The notes beneath the pieces are model-generated. The model worked only from the letters and a program-made list of their open reading frames with translations, made no database searches and was not told where the DNA came from. A stretch of DNA of 64,000 nucleotides from an uncultured archaeon (lineage in GTDB: Archaea; Thermoplasmatota; Penumbrarchaeia; JASLWR01). This document shows, in pieces, positions 61,709 through 64,000 of the stretch. A program made the position numbers and the translations under genes. The DNA lies in contig CAYSHM010000014.1 of NCBI GenBank assembly GCA_964430885.1, forward strand, positions 1 to 64,000. Direction: 5' to 3'. The stretch's first letter is position 1. Each line of letters opens with the position of its first letter.

Positions 61709-63190
61709 ATGGCAGATAAAATCAACCTAGATAGAATAGATGACTACAAATATAGAATTTCTCACGAGGAAAATGAGAATATGAAAGTGGATGGGCTAAT
61801 ATTCTCAAACGAGGTGCTGATGAACACAATATTGAAGGATAATTCACTTCAGCAGGTCATCAATGTTGCATCACTTCCCGGCATTGTAAGAAATTCCCTA
61901 GCAATGCCTGACATCCATTGGGGTTACGGATTCCCAATTGGAGGAGTTGCAGCCACCGATATTGAGGAAGGGGTCATATCTCCCGGCGGCGTGGGTTATG
62001 ATATTAATTGCGGAGTTAGGTTATTAAAAACCTCTTTGAAATATGAAGACATCCATGGAAATATTAAATCCTTGGCAGATGCACTTTACCGAAATGTTCC
62101 ATCCGGATTGGGGTCAAAGGGGAAAGTAAAAATCAATGAGAAAAAATTGGATGAAGTCCTGGAATATGGTGCCCGATGGACCGTAGAAAATGGCTATGGT
62201 TATGATGACGACCTGAATCGAATTGAAGAAAGTGGGTGTATGGAAGGGGCCAATACGGAATTAATTAGTACAAAGGCCAAGAAAAGAGGAATGCCTCAGC
62301 TGGGATCATTGGGTGCGGGAAATCATTTTCTTGAAATTCAAAAGGTCGGGGACATTATGGATATTGACGGTGCAAAGAACTACGGGATCAATGAATTGGA
62401 TCAAATAGTTGTGATGATCCATACTGGATCAAGAGGCTGCGGATACCAGATATGTCAAGATCAGATCAACTCAATGTCCAAATCCTATCGTAGGGATGGC
62501 AATTATTTCGTTTCTGATGAGTATAACATCAGATTACCCGATCGCCAATTGGTATGTTCCCCAATCCAATCCCAGAACGGCCAAAATTACTTCAGTGCTA
62601 TGAAATGCGCAGCTAATTATGCCTGGGCCAACCGCCAAATGATCACTCACTGGGTTCGAGAGAGTTTTTTCGAAGTACTGAAAGATAACTTTGATCTGGA
62701 GTCGATGCAGATAATTTATGATGTTACCCACAACATTGCTAAAATGGAGAGATATGACGTCGATGGGGAAAGAAGGTACCTTATGGTTCATCGAAAGGGC
62801 GCTACAAGATCATTGGGTAAGAACAATCCGCACATTCCTAAAAAATACCGCCAGCAGGGGCAGCCGGTTATCATTCCTGGTGACATGGGTAATGGGAGTT
62901 ACCTGCTGAAGGGAACTGATGAAGCCGAAAGGACAACCTTCGGTTCCACCTGTCATGGCGCTGGCCGAATATCCTCGAGAAGTGCAGCTAGGAAAGCTTT
63001 CAAGGGTGAAAAGGTCATAGAGGATTTGGGTGAAAAGGGAATTTATGTCAAAGCCCATTCCGCCAAGGTTGCTGCGGAGGAGGCGCCGCAGGTATACAAG
63101 GATATTGAAGAAGTTGTCAATGTGACTCACGGTGCAGGTATTTCTCTGAAAGTCTGCAGAATGGACCCTCTGGCAGTTATAAAAGGATAA
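61709..63190 (+). CDS. rtcB: RNA-splicing ligase RtcB
   Basis: MPDIHWGYGFPIG, GVGYDINCGVR, GSLGAGNHFLE, HTGSRG, HNIAK, HRKGAT, PGDMG, STCHGAGR; GGAG RBS before ATG 61709. Confidence 0.96.
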   Translation: MADKINLDRIDDYKYRISHEENENMKVDGLIFSNEVLMNTILKDNSLQQVINVASLPGIVRNSLAMPDIHWGYGFPIGGVAATDIEEGVISPGGVGYDINCGVRLLKTSLKYEDIHGNIKSLADALYRNVPSGLGSKGKVKINEKKLDEVLEYGARWTVENGYGYDDDLNRIEESGCMEGANTELISTKAKKRGMPQLGSLGAGNHFLEIQKVGDIMDIDGAKNYGINELDQIVVMIHTGSRGCGYQICQDQINSMSKSYRRDGNYFVSDEYNIRLPDRQLVCSPIQSQNGQNYFSAMKCAANYAWANRQMITHWVRESFFEVLKDNFDLESMQIIYDVTHNIAKMERYDVDGERRYLMVHRKGATRSLGKNNPHIPKKYRQQGQPVIIPGDMGNGSYLLKGTDEAERTTFGSTCHGAGRISSRSAARKAFKGEKVIEDLGEKGIYVKAHSAKVAAEEAPQVYKDIEEVVNVTHGAGISLKVCRMDPLAVIKG

Positions 63191-63244
63191 CGATATGATA
63201 TCGGTTAGGTTCATTCAATAGAAGAAAAATATCCAATCTGCAAT

Positions 63245-64000
63245 TTATTCTCCTTCGTACCTTTCACATCGGTCACACCACCAAGCTCGGTACTGATTTA
63301 TATACCTGAGATATGCTCCGCATAGTGAACATTTATAGGGGCTGGGTGGATTGCTATAACCTGCTTGGTCATAGCCTGGAGGGACATTCGGGGCACTTCC
63401 GTAACCAGTATGATACTGAAAATCCTGAGGATGGGCGTATCTACTTCCCGCCTGATCTGCTCTGATACCATATTGAAGGGGGTCAGTTTCTCCGGCCTCA
63501 GAAGAGAATTCCTCGCTATCATCATATGTCACTTCATCGTTTTCGAAGAACACATCTGGATCGGTCTCTTCCAAGAACTCTTTTGCAATTCGTATCGCTT
63601 CTTCAATATCTCCACGGGTTTTTGAATTTTCCATAGCATTATATTTCTTAATAAAGGAAATCCTATCGGGATCAGATATAATTTCCCCATATCGTTCTCT
63701 ACAACTATCCTCGATCTCTTGGTAATCCTTCCAGCAATCCAATAGGTTTGAAAGCTCAGAATCCACTTGATGAAGACAAATTAGGGCGTTTGGCATATCT
63801 GAGTCGTCAAGGTAATCTTGGCACAGCAGCAATTTATCCTCCTGGTTATTTACATTGATACCGTCCTGTTTGAGCAATACAAGGTTGCCACGTACATATT
63901 CATATAGAATGTCATATTTTTCTTCCATCTCATCCTCAAATCTATGACGACGCTTCTGGATGTTCTTTTTTACCGGCCTTAGTATCTCAATTACTCTTTC
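63245..64000 (-). CDS. Helical hypothetical protein with C-terminal zinc ribbon; runs off the window end (5' end missing)
   Basis: Frame stays open from 64000 (ERVIEILRPVKK...EDEMEEKY); ends with P/Y/G-rich linker and CSLCG..LRYINQYRAWWCDRC. Confidence 0.7.
   Translation of the reverse strand, partial: ERVIEILRPVKKNIQKRRHRFEDEMEEKYDILYEYVRGNLVLLKQDGINVNNQEDKLLLCQDYLDDSDMPNALICLHQVDSELSNLLDCWKDYQEIEDSCRERYGEIISDPDRISFIKKYNAMENSKTRGDIEEAIRIAKEFLEETDPDVFFENDEVTYDDSEEFSSEAGETDPLQYGIRADQAGSRYAHPQDFQYHTGYGSAPNVPPGYDQAGYSNPPSPYKCSLCGAYLRYINQYRAWWCDRCERYEGE

Noticed and set aside
63245-63928. Complete 227-aa gene as given in the ORF track
   Set aside because: The frame is open to the window edge, so the Met at 63928 is probably internal

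Overview
Gene-dense archaeal chromosome segment, most likely from Thermoplasmatota (inferred from archaeal EF-2, EF-1alpha, eL15, Kae1, membrane-bound LonB and geranylgeranyl reductase, GGAGGTGA-type RBSs, a BHB-intron tRNA, and large single-TM surface proteins with cytoplasmic zinc ribbons). The first ~30 kb is mostly core translation and metabolism: the S12-S7-EF2-EF1a-S10-tRNA-Leu cluster, tryptophanase, a bacterial-type GAPDH, glycine cleavage P, Kae1, a 4-subunit 2-oxoacid:ferredoxin oxidoreductase, PreTA, GGR, UbiD and Lon. The second half holds large surface proteins and several unusual genes. (1) A eukaryote-like ubiquitin-conjugating E2 (HPN plus catalytic Cys) lies directly behind an orphan dnaJ and a Mut7-C RNase, and close to a TPR plus 8-Cys FYVE/RING-like finger protein; together these are a candidate chaperone-coupled conjugation system. 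(2) An 8-TM / Cas4-like nuclease / 2xTRAM fusion occurs with no CRISPR context. (3) An FtsZ paralogue lacks the catalytic T7 loop. (4) A radical SAM-SPASM-like protein has lost its cluster cysteines. A divergent diadenylate-cyclase-like gene behind a tandem RHH regulator also sits at ~24-25.6 kb. No CRISPR array, rRNA, transposase or integrase was seen. All family calls come from motif recognition by eye; no searches were run.
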